Under the pieces are notes generated by a model. It did not search any database. It worked only from the letters and a program-made list of their open reading frames with translations, and was not told where the DNA came from. Of a stretch of 64,000 nucleotides of DNA, positions 29,705-39,638 are shown piece after piece. Position 1 is the first letter of the stretch. Each line of letters opens with the position of its first letter. The translations under genes and the position numbers were made by a program. The DNA is taken from NCBI GenBank assembly GCA_965213705.1, contig OZ243913.1:3616001-3680000 (forward strand). Direction: 5' to 3'. This DNA is from Trueperaceae bacterium. Its GTDB lineage: Bacteria > Deinococcota > Deinococci > Deinococcales > Trueperaceae.

Positions 29705-30253
29705 GTGAGTCTACCGGCGTCGCGCCGCAAGTACGCCGACCGCACGAGGTGGGTGCGTGTTCTCGAGCGCTCCTTTGCGGTGAGGCGGCTCGAGGCCTCA
29801 AATTTCAGTGGCTACGTGACGCGCCTCGACATCGTCAAGGTGCTCGAGCCGCTCTACAAAACTTCGGTCGGGCGGCGCTTGTGCCTCGCCGACGCGGGTT
29901 ACACCTGGCTGCAGCACTTTCCCGATAGCGAACGCTACTGCATGACGACCGTGCTGAATCCGGTGGGCGAAGTGGTCCACTTTTACATCGACGTGGCCGA
30001 CACAACGGGCGTGAGCGAGGAAAACGTGCCCTGGTGGGACGACCTTTACTTAGACGTTCTCGTCGTGCGGGGTGTAGGCTCGGAAATCGTGGACGAGGAC
30101 GATTTAGAACAAGGTTTGGCCGAAGGTGTGGTTACCGAAGGGGATGCGGAGAGGGCTCGAGCCGAAGCGAAGCGCCTCAGAGGCCTCATCGACGCCGACG
30201 ATTTCCCACTCTTAAAGCTCGCTCCACACCATGCTGGTTTGTTCGAGGATTAA
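29705..30253 (+). CDS. DUF402-domain protein
   Basis: FYIDV...DDLYLDV...VDEDDL. Confidence 0.8.
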   Translation: MSLPASRRKYADRTRWVRVLERSFAVRRLEASNFSGYVTRLDIVKVLEPLYKTSVGRRLCLADAGYTWLQHFPDSERYCMTTVLNPVGEVVHFYIDVADTTGVSEENVPWWDDLYLDVLVVRGVGSEIVDEDDLEQGLAEGVVTEGDAERARAEAKRLRGLIDADDFPLLKLAPHHAGLFED

Positions 30254-30305
30254 ACTCGAGTGACCCGTGTTTTTAAATTTCTACAAGCCACTCGCTACAA
30301 GCCTC

Positions 30306-31448
30306 TTACCGCTCTTCAACCGGCGTAAACGTTTTCCCCATCGGTCCTTCGTAAACCAAGCGCGGGCGCATAATGCGGTTGTCGGCGTACTGCTCGAACA
30401 AATGTGCCATCCAGCCGCTGATTCGCGCCACGGCGAAAATCGGCGTGTACAGGTCGGGCGGAAAGCCGAGCATCCGGTAAACGCTGGCCGAGAAAAAGTC
30501 CACGTTCGGCTTGACCTGCGAGCCCTTTTTGTCCATCTCGCGCGCCATGACGCGCTCCATCTCTAAGCTCATGTCGAACCACTTGCTGTCGCCGGACTCT
30601 TCGGCGAGGTCGTGCGAGACCTCTTTGAGGATGATGGCGCGCGGGTCGAGCACGCGGTAAACGCGGTGGCCGAAACCCATCACGCGGCCTTTGGGTTTGG
30701 CAAGCGTGTCCATGACGTACTGCTCGACGCCCTCGACGCTGCCGATTTTCTCTAAGGCATTCATCACCGCCGAGTTCGCGCCGCCGTGGAGCGGACCCTT
30801 GAGCGAGGCGACCGCCGCCGTGACGGCGCTGTACGTGTCGGTGAGGGTCGAGGCGGTGGCGCGGGCCGTAAACGTGCTCGCGTTCGAGCCGTGTTCGGCG
30901 TGGAGCACCAGCGCCACGTCCATCACGCGGGTCGCCGCTTCGCTCGGTTTTTCGCCGTTCAACATGTACAAAAAGTTGCCGGCAATGCTCAGTTCGGGGT
31001 CAGGCTGCACGGTTTCTTTGCCGTCGCGGATGCGCGCGTAGGCGGCGACGACCGTCGGGAACTGGGCTAGCAGCCGAAACCCGATGCGGCGGACGTTGTC
31101 CAGGTCCACGCCGTCGGCCTCGGGGTCGAAACTCGCCAGCATCGCCACAGCGGTTAAGACCGCGTGCATCGGATGGATGCCTTCGGGCAGGCTCGAGAGC
31201 ATGTCGCACACTGGATCGGGAATCCCGAAGTTCGGTTTGATTTGGTCTTTAAACGCACTCAGTTCTTGCTCGGTCGGTAAATCGTCGTTCCAGAGCAGGT
31301 AGGTCGTTTCTTCGAAGCTCACCCTATCGGCGAGTTCGCGGATGTCGTAGCCGCGGTAGACGAGTTCGCCTTTCAGCCCGTCGATGCTCGAGATGCTGCT
31401 CGCGTCGATGTTGACGCCGTCCAAGCCGCGGTGAATCGTGTCTGACAT
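30306..31448 (-). CDS. gltA: Citrate synthase (or 2-methylcitrate synthase) family
   Basis: LHAEHGSNAST, GPLHGGAN, GFGHRVY...DPR, NVDFFS. Confidence 0.93.
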   Translation of the reverse strand: MSDTIHRGLDGVNIDASSISSIDGLKGELVYRGYDIRELADRVSFEETTYLLWNDDLPTEQELSAFKDQIKPNFGIPDPVCDMLSSLPEGIHPMHAVLTAVAMLASFDPEADGVDLDNVRRIGFRLLAQFPTVVAAYARIRDGKETVQPDPELSIAGNFLYMLNGEKPSEAATRVMDVALVLHAEHGSNASTFTARATASTLTDTYSAVTAAVASLKGPLHGGANSAVMNALEKIGSVEGVEQYVMDTLAKPKGRVMGFGHRVYRVLDPRAIILKEVSHDLAEESGDSKWFDMSLEMERVMAREMDKKGSQVKPNVDFFSASVYRMLGFPPDLYTPIFAVARISGWMAHLFEQYADNRIMRPRLVYEGPMGKTFTPVEER

Positions 31449-31550
31449 TCGTCCTCCAGGAAAATAGTAGGCACCTCGCTCGAGGCGCGCTTGCAAAGTG
31501 GTGCCGGCCCTTACTTGCACACTTTAGACCCCGCAGTCTACCAATATTCT

Positions 31551-31697
31551 GTAAGTGAGGATGTAGGTGGGAAAGAAGCCGGTCCCAACCCCAAACGAAC
31601 GCGCCCTCGTCGACTTGACCGAGGGTGCGTCAGGACGGTTTGGAACGACAGTGTCAGGCGGAGCGAACCGGCGCCAAAATCGCCTCGCCTTACTTAC
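31551..31697 (+). ncRNA. Candidate rod-shaped structured ncRNA (6S-like)
   Basis: Nested pairings: GTAAGTGAGG/CCTTACTTAC, AGGTGG/TCGCCT, an A-rich internal loop, GCCGGT/ACCGGC, CCAAAC/GTTTGG, ACGCGCCCTCG/CGAGGGTGCGT. G-U pairs favour the + strand. Confidence 0.4.
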
Positions 31698-31770
31698 GTT
31701 CTAACTCGTCAGGCACCAGCGACTTCAAACCTGTAGAACCTGCACCGGACAGTCGGAAAAACTTGCAGGT

Positions 31771-32346
31771 CTAACCCCGGCTACGCTCGAGCAAGGTCAT
31801 CATAATTAAGGACATGACAATCAGCAGGTCGTCCTCGTTTTCCCCGTACCGCTCAACGGAAAACTTGCGACCGAAAAACGAGGGCTGCTTGCGCAGGGTG
31901 TAGCGGCGGGTGCCCGAACCGTCCACGACGTCGTAGTGCGGGTTCAGCAGGTAGCCCGTGAACATGCCGACAATCGGAACCTCGCTCACGAGTTCGTCCA
32001 GTACCTTGGTCCAGGGGTTGCCCTCTTGAATGGTGTAGTGCGAGTTTTCGTCTTGCACTTCGTAGCGCGTGCGCCAGATGGACCGCAAACCTTTGCGCTT
32101 CACGCTGCCGTAGGTAACGCCCTCGGTATCGACGAAATGATAGGCTGCCGAGAAGTCGATGATCCTGTCCGCATGAATCTCGCTGATGAGTTGCGTTTTG
32201 CTCTCGTCCTTAAAAACCGAAATATGCTCTTTAAACTTGAACATCTTTTGCCGCACGTAGCAGAGCGGCCTGCCGAGCGCGTCGTGTACATAAATCTGTG
32301 GCGCCAAAGCGGCAACTTTGAAAGTCAGAGACAGGGGAAAGTTCAT
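31771..32346 (-). CDS. LURP-one/scramblase-like protein
   Basis: YVRQKMFKFKE.I.VF.D...ADRIIDFSA.Y...VKRKGLRSIWR pattern. Confidence 0.7.
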   Translation of the reverse strand: MNFPLSLTFKVAALAPQIYVHDALGRPLCYVRQKMFKFKEHISVFKDESKTQLISEIHADRIIDFSAAYHFVDTEGVTYGSVKRKGLRSIWRTRYEVQDENSHYTIQEGNPWTKVLDELVSEVPIVGMFTGYLLNPHYDVVDGSGTRRYTLRKQPSFFGRKFSVERYGENEDDLLIVMSLIMMTLLERSRG

Positions 32347-32405
32347 GACCTCACTTTATGACGAAGGAGGCGCTAGGTCGCTGATAATTTCCACAGGCGC
32401 AGGTG

Positions 32406-32436
32406 AAAAGCGTGCTTCGAAGCTTTAGAAGCACGC
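32406..32436 (-). terminator. Intrinsic terminator
   Basis: GCGTGCTTC/GAAGCACGC stem with an adjacent A run (U tail on the - strand). Confidence 0.55.
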
Positions 32437-32478
32437 CGTATTTTATCGCGGCTTGAAAATAGCCTGTTCTTTCTTGTT

Positions 32479-33426
32479 TTAACCGCTCCGAATCAGCTTC
32501 AAAATCGCCTCGCCGTAGCGCTCGAGCTTGACCGGCCCGATGCCCTTGACGGCTTTGAGGGCGTCCAGCGTTTGCGGCTTTTCGGCGGCGACTTGCCGCA
32601 AACTTTCGTTGGTCAGCACGAGGTAAGCGGCGCGGTCTTCACGCTTGGCGGTCTCGCGCCGCCAGGCTTCCAAGCGCTCGTACAGCGCCGAGTCGACGGG
32701 TTGCGCGGGCGCGGTTTCCACCGGCGCTTCGGCCCGAAAATCTGCAGGAGAAGTTACGGAAGAGTCTGCTCGCGGCGTCGCGGGCGGGATGTCGACGCGG
32801 CTCGAGGCTGGACTTACTGAGGCTGTGGGGGTTGAGGCTGTAGGGGTTGGGGCTGGGGTAGTTGAGGCTGTGGTAGCGGCCGCCGTCTCGGTCGGTTGCG
32901 GGCCGGGCGTGACGAAGGTCTCCGGCGCGGGATTGGTTTTATGGGTGCCGGTCTCATAGCCGGCGGGGGTGGCTGTAGACGCCCCCCGGCCGACCTCTTT
33001 TTTGTTCTGACCGAGCAGGTACGCGCCCGCCCCAATGAGAATGAGCGCGAACCAGAACGAGCCCAGCACGCCCGTCTCGGACAAGCCCACGACGACACCG
33101 AACAGCGCCAGCAACCCGCCGACGTAAAGGGGCCAGCGGTTCGTTTTGGGCTCAATGCGGTCAATCATCGCAAAACCGACGCCGAGACTGACCAAAAACG
33201 CCCCGTTCCAGCCCCAGCTTTCTTCCAGCAGGATGCCCACCGCCACGCCCGCTAAGACGCTGCCCGCGACGAGCAAACCGTAGCTTTTGCGGGTGGTGTA
33301 GCCCCACAAAAAGGCGGCGGCGACGAGCCCGACCCAAATCCAGCCCGTGTCCATGTCCAGGCGCGACAGCAAAAACAGCGAGCCGACCCCAATAAGGATG
33401 TAGGCAAGTAGTTTGTTGTTCTCCAC
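32479..33426 (-). CDS. Membrane protein with C-terminal HRDC domain
   Basis: Multiple N-terminal TM helices, a Pro/Thr/Ala linker, then LYERLEAWRRE.AK......YLV..N..L...A...P.....L..VKGIGPVKLERYG. Confidence 0.85.
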   Translation of the reverse strand: MENNKLLAYILIGVGSLFLLSRLDMDTGWIWVGLVAAAFLWGYTTRKSYGLLVAGSVLAGVAVGILLEESWGWNGAFLVSLGVGFAMIDRIEPKTNRWPLYVGGLLALFGVVVGLSETGVLGSFWFALILIGAGAYLLGQNKKEVGRGASTATPAGYETGTHKTNPAPETFVTPGPQPTETAAATTASTTPAPTPTASTPTASVSPASSRVDIPPATPRADSSVTSPADFRAEAPVETAPAQPVDSALYERLEAWRRETAKREDRAAYLVLTNESLRQVAAEKPQTLDALKAVKGIGPVKLERYGEAILKLIRSG

Positions 33427-33712
33427 AATTTCCTCCTTTGAGCTTGAAAAAGCTTACCGCACGCCCTCTGGCCTGTAACCCTACGAAGGTAGGAGACGGT
33501 CGAGAGTAGGCTGAACTGTGTACCCGCCGTTCGCCAACGGTTACAGCTAAAGGCAAAGCCGAATGCTAAACTGCATATATACATTGTCTTAGGTCCGCTG
33601 TAGGCGGATGAGGGGGTTGAATGATGTTGCAACCGATGAACCGAACCGCGCTGGAAAGTAGACCCAGTAGCGCGACTTTTGCCCGGACGAGTTGGCAAGC
33701 TCGAGGCTTTGA

Positions 33713-34822
<1,110 letters not shown>

Positions 34823-34826
34823 GTTT

Positions 34827-35801
34827 ATGCCCGTCCAAACCATCGTCCAAACCATCGCCCGAACCCTCGACGAAGAAATGAACCGCGACGACGCCGTCGT
34901 GCTGCTGGGTGAAGACGTGGGCAAGCGCGGCGGCGTGTTCCTGGCGACCGAAAAACTGTTCGACAAGTACGGCCCCGACCGCGTCATCGACACGCCGCTG
35001 TCCGAAGCGGCCATCATCGGCGCGGCGGTCGGCATGGCGGCGCACGGTCTGCGCCCGGTCGCCGAAATCCAGTTCGCCGACTACGTCTACCCCGGTTTCG
35101 ACCAGCTCGTCACCCAGGCCGCCAAGCTCCGCTACCGCTCAGGCGGCCAGTTCACCGCGCCTATGGTCGTGCGGATGCCCGCCGGGGGCGGCGTCAAGGG
35201 CGGCCACCACCACTCGCAAAACCCGGAGACGCACTTCATCCACACGGCGGGCCTCAAGGTCGTGTACCCTTCGACGCCTAGCGACACCAAGGGCCTCCTC
35301 AAAGCCGCCATCCGCGACGACGACCCGGTGATTTTCATGGAGCCCAAGCGCCTCTACCGAGCGGTGAAAGAAGAGGTCTCCGAGGACGACTACGTGACGC
35401 CTATCGGCAAGGCGAAGGTGCGGCAACAAGGCGACGACGTGGTCCTCGTCTCCTACGGCGGCAGCATGGCTGAAACGCTGCGCGCCGCTGAAGAGTTAGC
35501 CAAACAAGATGTTTCTACCGAGGTCATCGACCTGCGTTCGCTCATGCCCTGGGACAAGGAAACGGTGCTAGAGAGCGTGGCGCGAATAGGCCGCGCCGTC
35601 TTGGTCAGCGAGTCGCCCCACACGCTGAACTTTATGAGCGAGGTCGCCGCGACGGTTTGCGAAGAGGTGCTGGACAGCCTCCACGCGCCGCCGCTCCGCG
35701 TCACCGGCTTCGACGTGCCCTACCCTTATGCCCAAGACCGCGAGTACCTGCCGGGGCCGAACCGGATTTTGAGGGCAGTTCAAAAAGTATTACAGTATTG
35801 A
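34827..35801 (+). CDS. 2-oxoacid dehydrogenase E1 beta
   Basis: [28 protein letters not shown]. Confidence 0.95.
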   Translation: MPVQTIVQTIARTLDEEMNRDDAVVLLGEDVGKRGGVFLATEKLFDKYGPDRVIDTPLSEAAIIGAAVGMAAHGLRPVAEIQFADYVYPGFDQLVTQAAKLRYRSGGQFTAPMVVRMPAGGGVKGGHHHSQNPETHFIHTAGLKVVYPSTPSDTKGLLKAAIRDDDPVIFMEPKRLYRAVKEEVSEDDYVTPIGKAKVRQQGDDVVLVSYGGSMAETLRAAEELAKQDVSTEVIDLRSLMPWDKETVLESVARIGRAVLVSESPHTLNFMSEVAATVCEEVLDSLHAPPLRVTGFDVPYPYAQDREYLPGPNRILRAVQKVLQY

Positions 35802-35809
35802 TAACTTAA

Positions 35810-35838
35810 AGGGGAGAAAAATCTCCCCTGATTTTTTT
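35810..35838 (+). terminator. Hairpin with T tract between E1 beta and E2
   Basis: AGGGGAGA-AAAA-TCTCCCCT followed by GATTTTTTT. Possible partial attenuator. Confidence 0.5.
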
Positions 35839-35848
35839 GAGGAGATTT

Positions 35849-37282
35849 ATGCCCAAGGAATTTTTACTGCCCGAACTCGCCGAGTCGGTGGTCGAAGGGG
35901 AAATCGTCAAATGGCTCGTCGCGGAGGGTGAAACGGTCGAGGAAGACCAGCCCATCGTCGAGGTGATGACCGACAAGGTCACGGTCGAGTTGCCGAGCCC
36001 CTATGCGGGCGTGCTCGAGAAACGCCTCGCCGCCGAGGGCGACGTGGTCGCCGTCCACGCGCCCATCGCCCTGTTCGCCGACGGGGAAGCGCGACCGGGT
36101 GAGCAACCCGCCGAAGAGCCGGGCGAAAACGTCCAGGCCGAGGAGGAACGCTCCATCGTCGAACCCGGCGGCCACGTGCCCGAGGACGACGGCGAGAGCT
36201 TGAGCCTCTTCAAACCCTCGGCCGCGCTCGACGAAGGCCCGGTCGTCCAGGTGCGCAAAAGTGGGGCGGCGGTCGCTGAGAAAGCCGCCGCGAGGGTTCC
36301 TGAGCAAACGGTCGCCGCGAAAAAAGAAGCCGCGAAAAAAGTCACCGGTCCCTACGGCCGCGTGTTAGCCGTCCCGGCGGCGCGCAAGCTCGCTCGAGAC
36401 TTAGGCTTAGACATCGCTTCGGTCGCGGGCAGCGGCCCCAACGGCCGGGTGCGCGTGGACGACGTGCGGGCGCACGCGGACACCGCACAAACCGACACCG
36501 CGCAAGTGCCCACGCCCTCCCCCAAACCCATTCCCGAAACCAAACGCATCGCCTACCAAACGCCCGAGGACTACGCCGCCCTGGAAGAGCGCGTCCCGGT
36601 GCGTGGGCTGCGGCGGGCCATCTCGAGCCAGATGCTCGCCTCCCACTTGCAAACCGTCCGCACGCTGCACGTGGACGAGGCCGACATGACCGCCTTGTTC
36701 GACATGCGCGCCCGCCTCAAACCCGTAGCTGAGGAGCGCGGCGTTAAACTCTCCTACCTGCCTTTCATCATGAAGGCCGTCGTGGCGGCGCTGAAGCGGT
36801 TCCCAATTATCAACTCGAGCTTGGACGAAACCAGCAACGAAATCGTGCGTAAGCACTACTACAACTTGGGCGTCGCGGTGGCGACCGAGTCGGGCCTGGT
36901 CGTGCCGGTCGTCCACGAGGTCGACAGGAAATCCATTTTAGAGATTGCCGACGACGTCTCGAGCCTCGCCGCGAAAGCTCGAGACGGCAAGCTCGCCCCC
37001 GGCGACGTAAAGAACGGCACCTTTTCGATTACCAACATCGGCACGCTGGGCGGGCTTTTCAGCTTCCCCATTATCAACGTGCCCGAGGCGGCGATTTTGG
37101 GCGTCCACAGCATTAAAAAGCGGCCGGTCGTCCTTGAAGACGACACGATTGTGGCGCGGCAGATGCTTTACTTGTCCCTCTCCTTCGACCACCGAATTAT
37201 CGACGGGGCGGAGGCGGCGATGTTCACCTCGGCCCTCATCAAGCTGTTGGAGACGCCGGAAAGTTTGCTGCTCGAGCTTTAG
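35849..37282 (+). CDS. Dihydrolipoamide acyltransferase E2
   Basis: Lipoyl domain EVMTDKVTVE, E3-binding PAARKLA...GSGPNGRV, catalytic DHRIIDG. Confidence 0.95.
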   Translation: MPKEFLLPELAESVVEGEIVKWLVAEGETVEEDQPIVEVMTDKVTVELPSPYAGVLEKRLAAEGDVVAVHAPIALFADGEARPGEQPAEEPGENVQAEEERSIVEPGGHVPEDDGESLSLFKPSAALDEGPVVQVRKSGAAVAEKAAARVPEQTVAAKKEAAKKVTGPYGRVLAVPAARKLARDLGLDIASVAGSGPNGRVRVDDVRAHADTAQTDTAQVPTPSPKPIPETKRIAYQTPEDYAALEERVPVRGLRRAISSQMLASHLQTVRTLHVDEADMTALFDMRARLKPVAEERGVKLSYLPFIMKAVVAALKRFPIINSSLDETSNEIVRKHYYNLGVAVATESGLVVPVVHEVDRKSILEIADDVSSLAAKARDGKLAPGDVKNGTFSITNIGTLGGLFSFPIINVPEAAILGVHSIKKRPVVLEDDTIVARQMLYLSLSFDHRIIDGAEAAMFTSALIKLLETPESLLLEL

Positions 37283-37362
37283 CCTCAGCTAAGAAGAACT
37301 TGAAGAGGTTGGAAAGGGGCTTTGGGCTGCGCTGACGGTTTTCATAAAACATTCATGTTTCG

Positions 37363-37391
37363 CTGACTCTGCTAACAGTTTTGTATAGAAT
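37363..37391 (+). promoter_or_regulatory. Putative sigma70 promoter of the RiPP/LRR operon
   Basis: CTGACT (37363-37368), 17-nt spacer, TAGAAT (37386-37391). Confidence 0.45.
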
Positions 37392-37424
37392 TTTTCACAG
37401 ATGGCAAAGGGGGAGGGCAAGCAA

Positions 37425-37703
37425 ATGTACGGTTCCGCTTCGAGCATCACGGCGACCCAGGAGCAAATTTCCACCGAACTAGACGGTGAAGTCGTCATCC
37501 TCAACACGAACACGGGCAAATACTTTACGCTGGACGGCGTCGGCACCGAGGTGTGGCAGCACCTACAAAACGCGGTCACAGTCTCAGACCTGTGCGCCAA
37601 GGTTGAGGCCCGTTACGACGTTGCGCCGGAACGCTGCCGGGCCGACGTGCTGGCGCTGTTGCAAGACCTCACCGAGGCAGGACTCGTCGAGCGTGTCGAC
37701 TAA
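37425..37703 (+). CDS. PqqD-family RiPP recognition element (lasso B1-like)
   Basis: ELDGEVVILN..TGKYF.LD.VG..VW..L....TV..L...V...YDV..ERC..DV..LL.DL...GLV. GGAGG SD. Confidence 0.92.
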   Translation: MYGSASSITATQEQISTELDGEVVILNTNTGKYFTLDGVGTEVWQHLQNAVTVSDLCAKVEARYDVAPERCRADVLALLQDLTEAGLVERVD

Positions 37704-38121
37704 GCTCGCCAAGATACCCGCCTTTTTCGCGAGGTCGGCTCTGGAGCGCCGGCTTTTGCTCGAGGCCCTGGCCACTCTCTGGCTCGTTCGGCTCGGGTTG
37801 TGGCTGCTGCCTTTCGGCGCGCTGCTGCGCCTCGTCCGGCGTCCGCTGGGAACGTCTAGCGTCGAAGTCGGCCGTTTGACAAAAACATTCACGGTTGTGA
37901 GCCGCTACGTGCCGCGTGCCACTTGCCTTGCCCAAGCCCTCGCCGGTCAACGTCTGTTGGCGGCTCACGGGCATTCCAGCCGCTTGCGAATAGGCGTTCG
38001 CAAAGACGGCGCGCGGTTGGGGGCGCACGCGTGGCTCGAGCATCAGGACCGCGTGGTTGTCGGACTCGTGTCCAACCTGACCGACTACCACCCCTTGTCC
38101 GGCGAGGGAGAACGACCATGA
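37693..38121 (+). CDS. Lasso-peptide B2-type transglutaminase-like leader peptidase
   Basis: TCLAQALA...LRIGVRK...AHAWLE with catalytic Cys/His. GTG start overlaps the PqqD stop. Confidence 0.9.
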   Translation: MSTKLAKIPAFFARSALERRLLLEALATLWLVRLGLWLLPFGALLRLVRRPLGTSSVEVGRLTKTFTVVSRYVPRATCLAQALAGQRLLAAHGHSSRLRIGVRKDGARLGAHAWLEHQDRVVVGLVSNLTDYHPLSGEGERP

Positions 38122-38241
38122 CCTAAAGCCGCGTGAGCTTGCCCGCGCCACGACCGGGCGAGATGGGGAAGAACCGTGGTGGCCTGTTGCCGATAGTTTC
38201 GGCGCGTCCTGGGAAACTTCAAAAACTTTAGGGGAGAGTTT

Positions 38242-39402
38242 ATGAAACGAATTTTGTGGGGCAGCCTGTTAATTTTTATTCTTGCTGCTTGTGGCACGAG
38301 CAGCAATCCAGAAGTGCCGCAAGCGACGAACACCTTTAGTTTTACTGTGGACCCGGCAGCGCGAAGCGTCGAACTCGCTGCAGCACCGGCTGGTGCTCTT
38401 GCCGCTCGAGCCGAAGATGGCAGCCGTGTTTTAGTACCGCGTACGGACTTGAGTTTGAAGTCCTACACCTTTACTTTCTTGCCCGGCAACATACTCGCCA
38501 TCAACGCGAGCTTTAGAAACATTTCGGGTAAAACTTTCAAAAACTTGACGTTCAGCCGCGCTGCAAGCTCAGACAATATAGTCAGTTCGAGCGAGCCGGA
38601 CGTGGTCGAAACTTTGGAGTCTGGCGCGTCCACCAGCACTTTGCGCTTTATGGTGCAACACCAAGGTCAGCGCTTTGCTTACGAAGTAGACGCGAGTGCG
38701 ACGGTTGCAGCCCCAGAGCCTGGTGGAACCGAATGTACCAATCCGGTAAACATCCCCGACGACGTTCTTAGGCGGCAAATTCGGTCGGTGATTGGTAAAT
38801 CTCAAGGCGACATCACTTGCGCTGATATGGCGAGCCTGGAATCGTTGAGCATCGAGTCGCTTTACTCTTACGTTGGTGAGGTTTACAACCTGGAGGGATT
38901 GCAGTTTGCGGTGAACCTGACAGAGCTCCGAGTTAGTTTCACTGAACTTACCGACCTCCGCCCTTTAAGTGGTCTCACAAGCTTGCAGGGTTTGGATGTT
39001 GCTTCCAACAAAATTGATGATATCAGTCCACTACAGGGATTGACGAACCTGACGGGCCTGTCTGTGGCTAACAACAACATAAGCGACATCAGCGCAGTGA
39101 GCGACCTGCTCAGGTTGGAGCGCCTCATCTTGGCCTTCAACCCTATCACCGACATCGGCCCCTTGAGCGGTCTGGAAGACTTACAAATACTTCTCATTTG
39201 TAACAACCGGATCAGCGACCTCGGTCCCCTTATTGCCAACCCAGGTATCGGGAACGGCGACGACTTCATCGATTTGTCCGTGAACCCTTTTGACCTTTCT
39301 CCCGGTTCAAAAGCCTCACAAGACATCGAAACCCTAGAGCGTCGCAACCCGAACATTCCCAACATTTTCGGAACCGAAGCTCAGCCGGGCAGATGTAGCT
39401 AA
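38242..39402 (+). CDS. Internalin-like LRR lipoprotein 1
   Basis: Lipobox LAAC, a shared N-terminal beta domain, cap CTNPVNIPD..LR...GDITCADM, and 22-residue LRRs (L..L.L..N.I.D..PL..L). Confidence 0.9.
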   Translation: MKRILWGSLLIFILAACGTSSNPEVPQATNTFSFTVDPAARSVELAAAPAGALAARAEDGSRVLVPRTDLSLKSYTFTFLPGNILAINASFRNISGKTFKNLTFSRAASSDNIVSSSEPDVVETLESGASTSTLRFMVQHQGQRFAYEVDASATVAAPEPGGTECTNPVNIPDDVLRRQIRSVIGKSQGDITCADMASLESLSIESLYSYVGEVYNLEGLQFAVNLTELRVSFTELTDLRPLSGLTSLQGLDVASNKIDDISPLQGLTNLTGLSVANNNISDISAVSDLLRLERLILAFNPITDIGPLSGLEDLQILLICNNRISDLGPLIANPGIGNGDDFIDLSVNPFDLSPGSKASQDIETLERRNPNIPNIFGTEAQPGRCS

Positions 39403-39412
39403 GGAGCTTGAC

Positions 39413-39571
39413 ATGCATAAACCCGAGCCACAACCCAAGCCCACCGGCGGGCAACCCGTCAACGTGAACAAGCAGCCCTACGAGACACCGGTTTTTAAGG
39501 AACACGGCAGCGCCAAAAGTATCACTTTGCAAACCTTCTTCGGCACCTTCTCGCCGCCCGCCTCGGACTAA
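39413..39571 (+). CDS. RiPP precursor peptide 1 (52 aa)
   Basis: AAGGAG SD. MHKPEPQPKPTGGQPVNVNKQPYETPVFKEHGSAKSITL-QTFFGTFSPPASD. Not in the ORF track. Confidence 0.9.
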   Translation: MHKPEPQPKPTGGQPVNVNKQPYETPVFKEHGSAKSITLQTFFGTFSPPASD

Positions 39572-39638
39572 ACGTTACTTTCCAGCACCCCTACGCAGGG
39601 ATACTTAAAACTCATCGAAAACTTCAGGAGAGAGTCTG

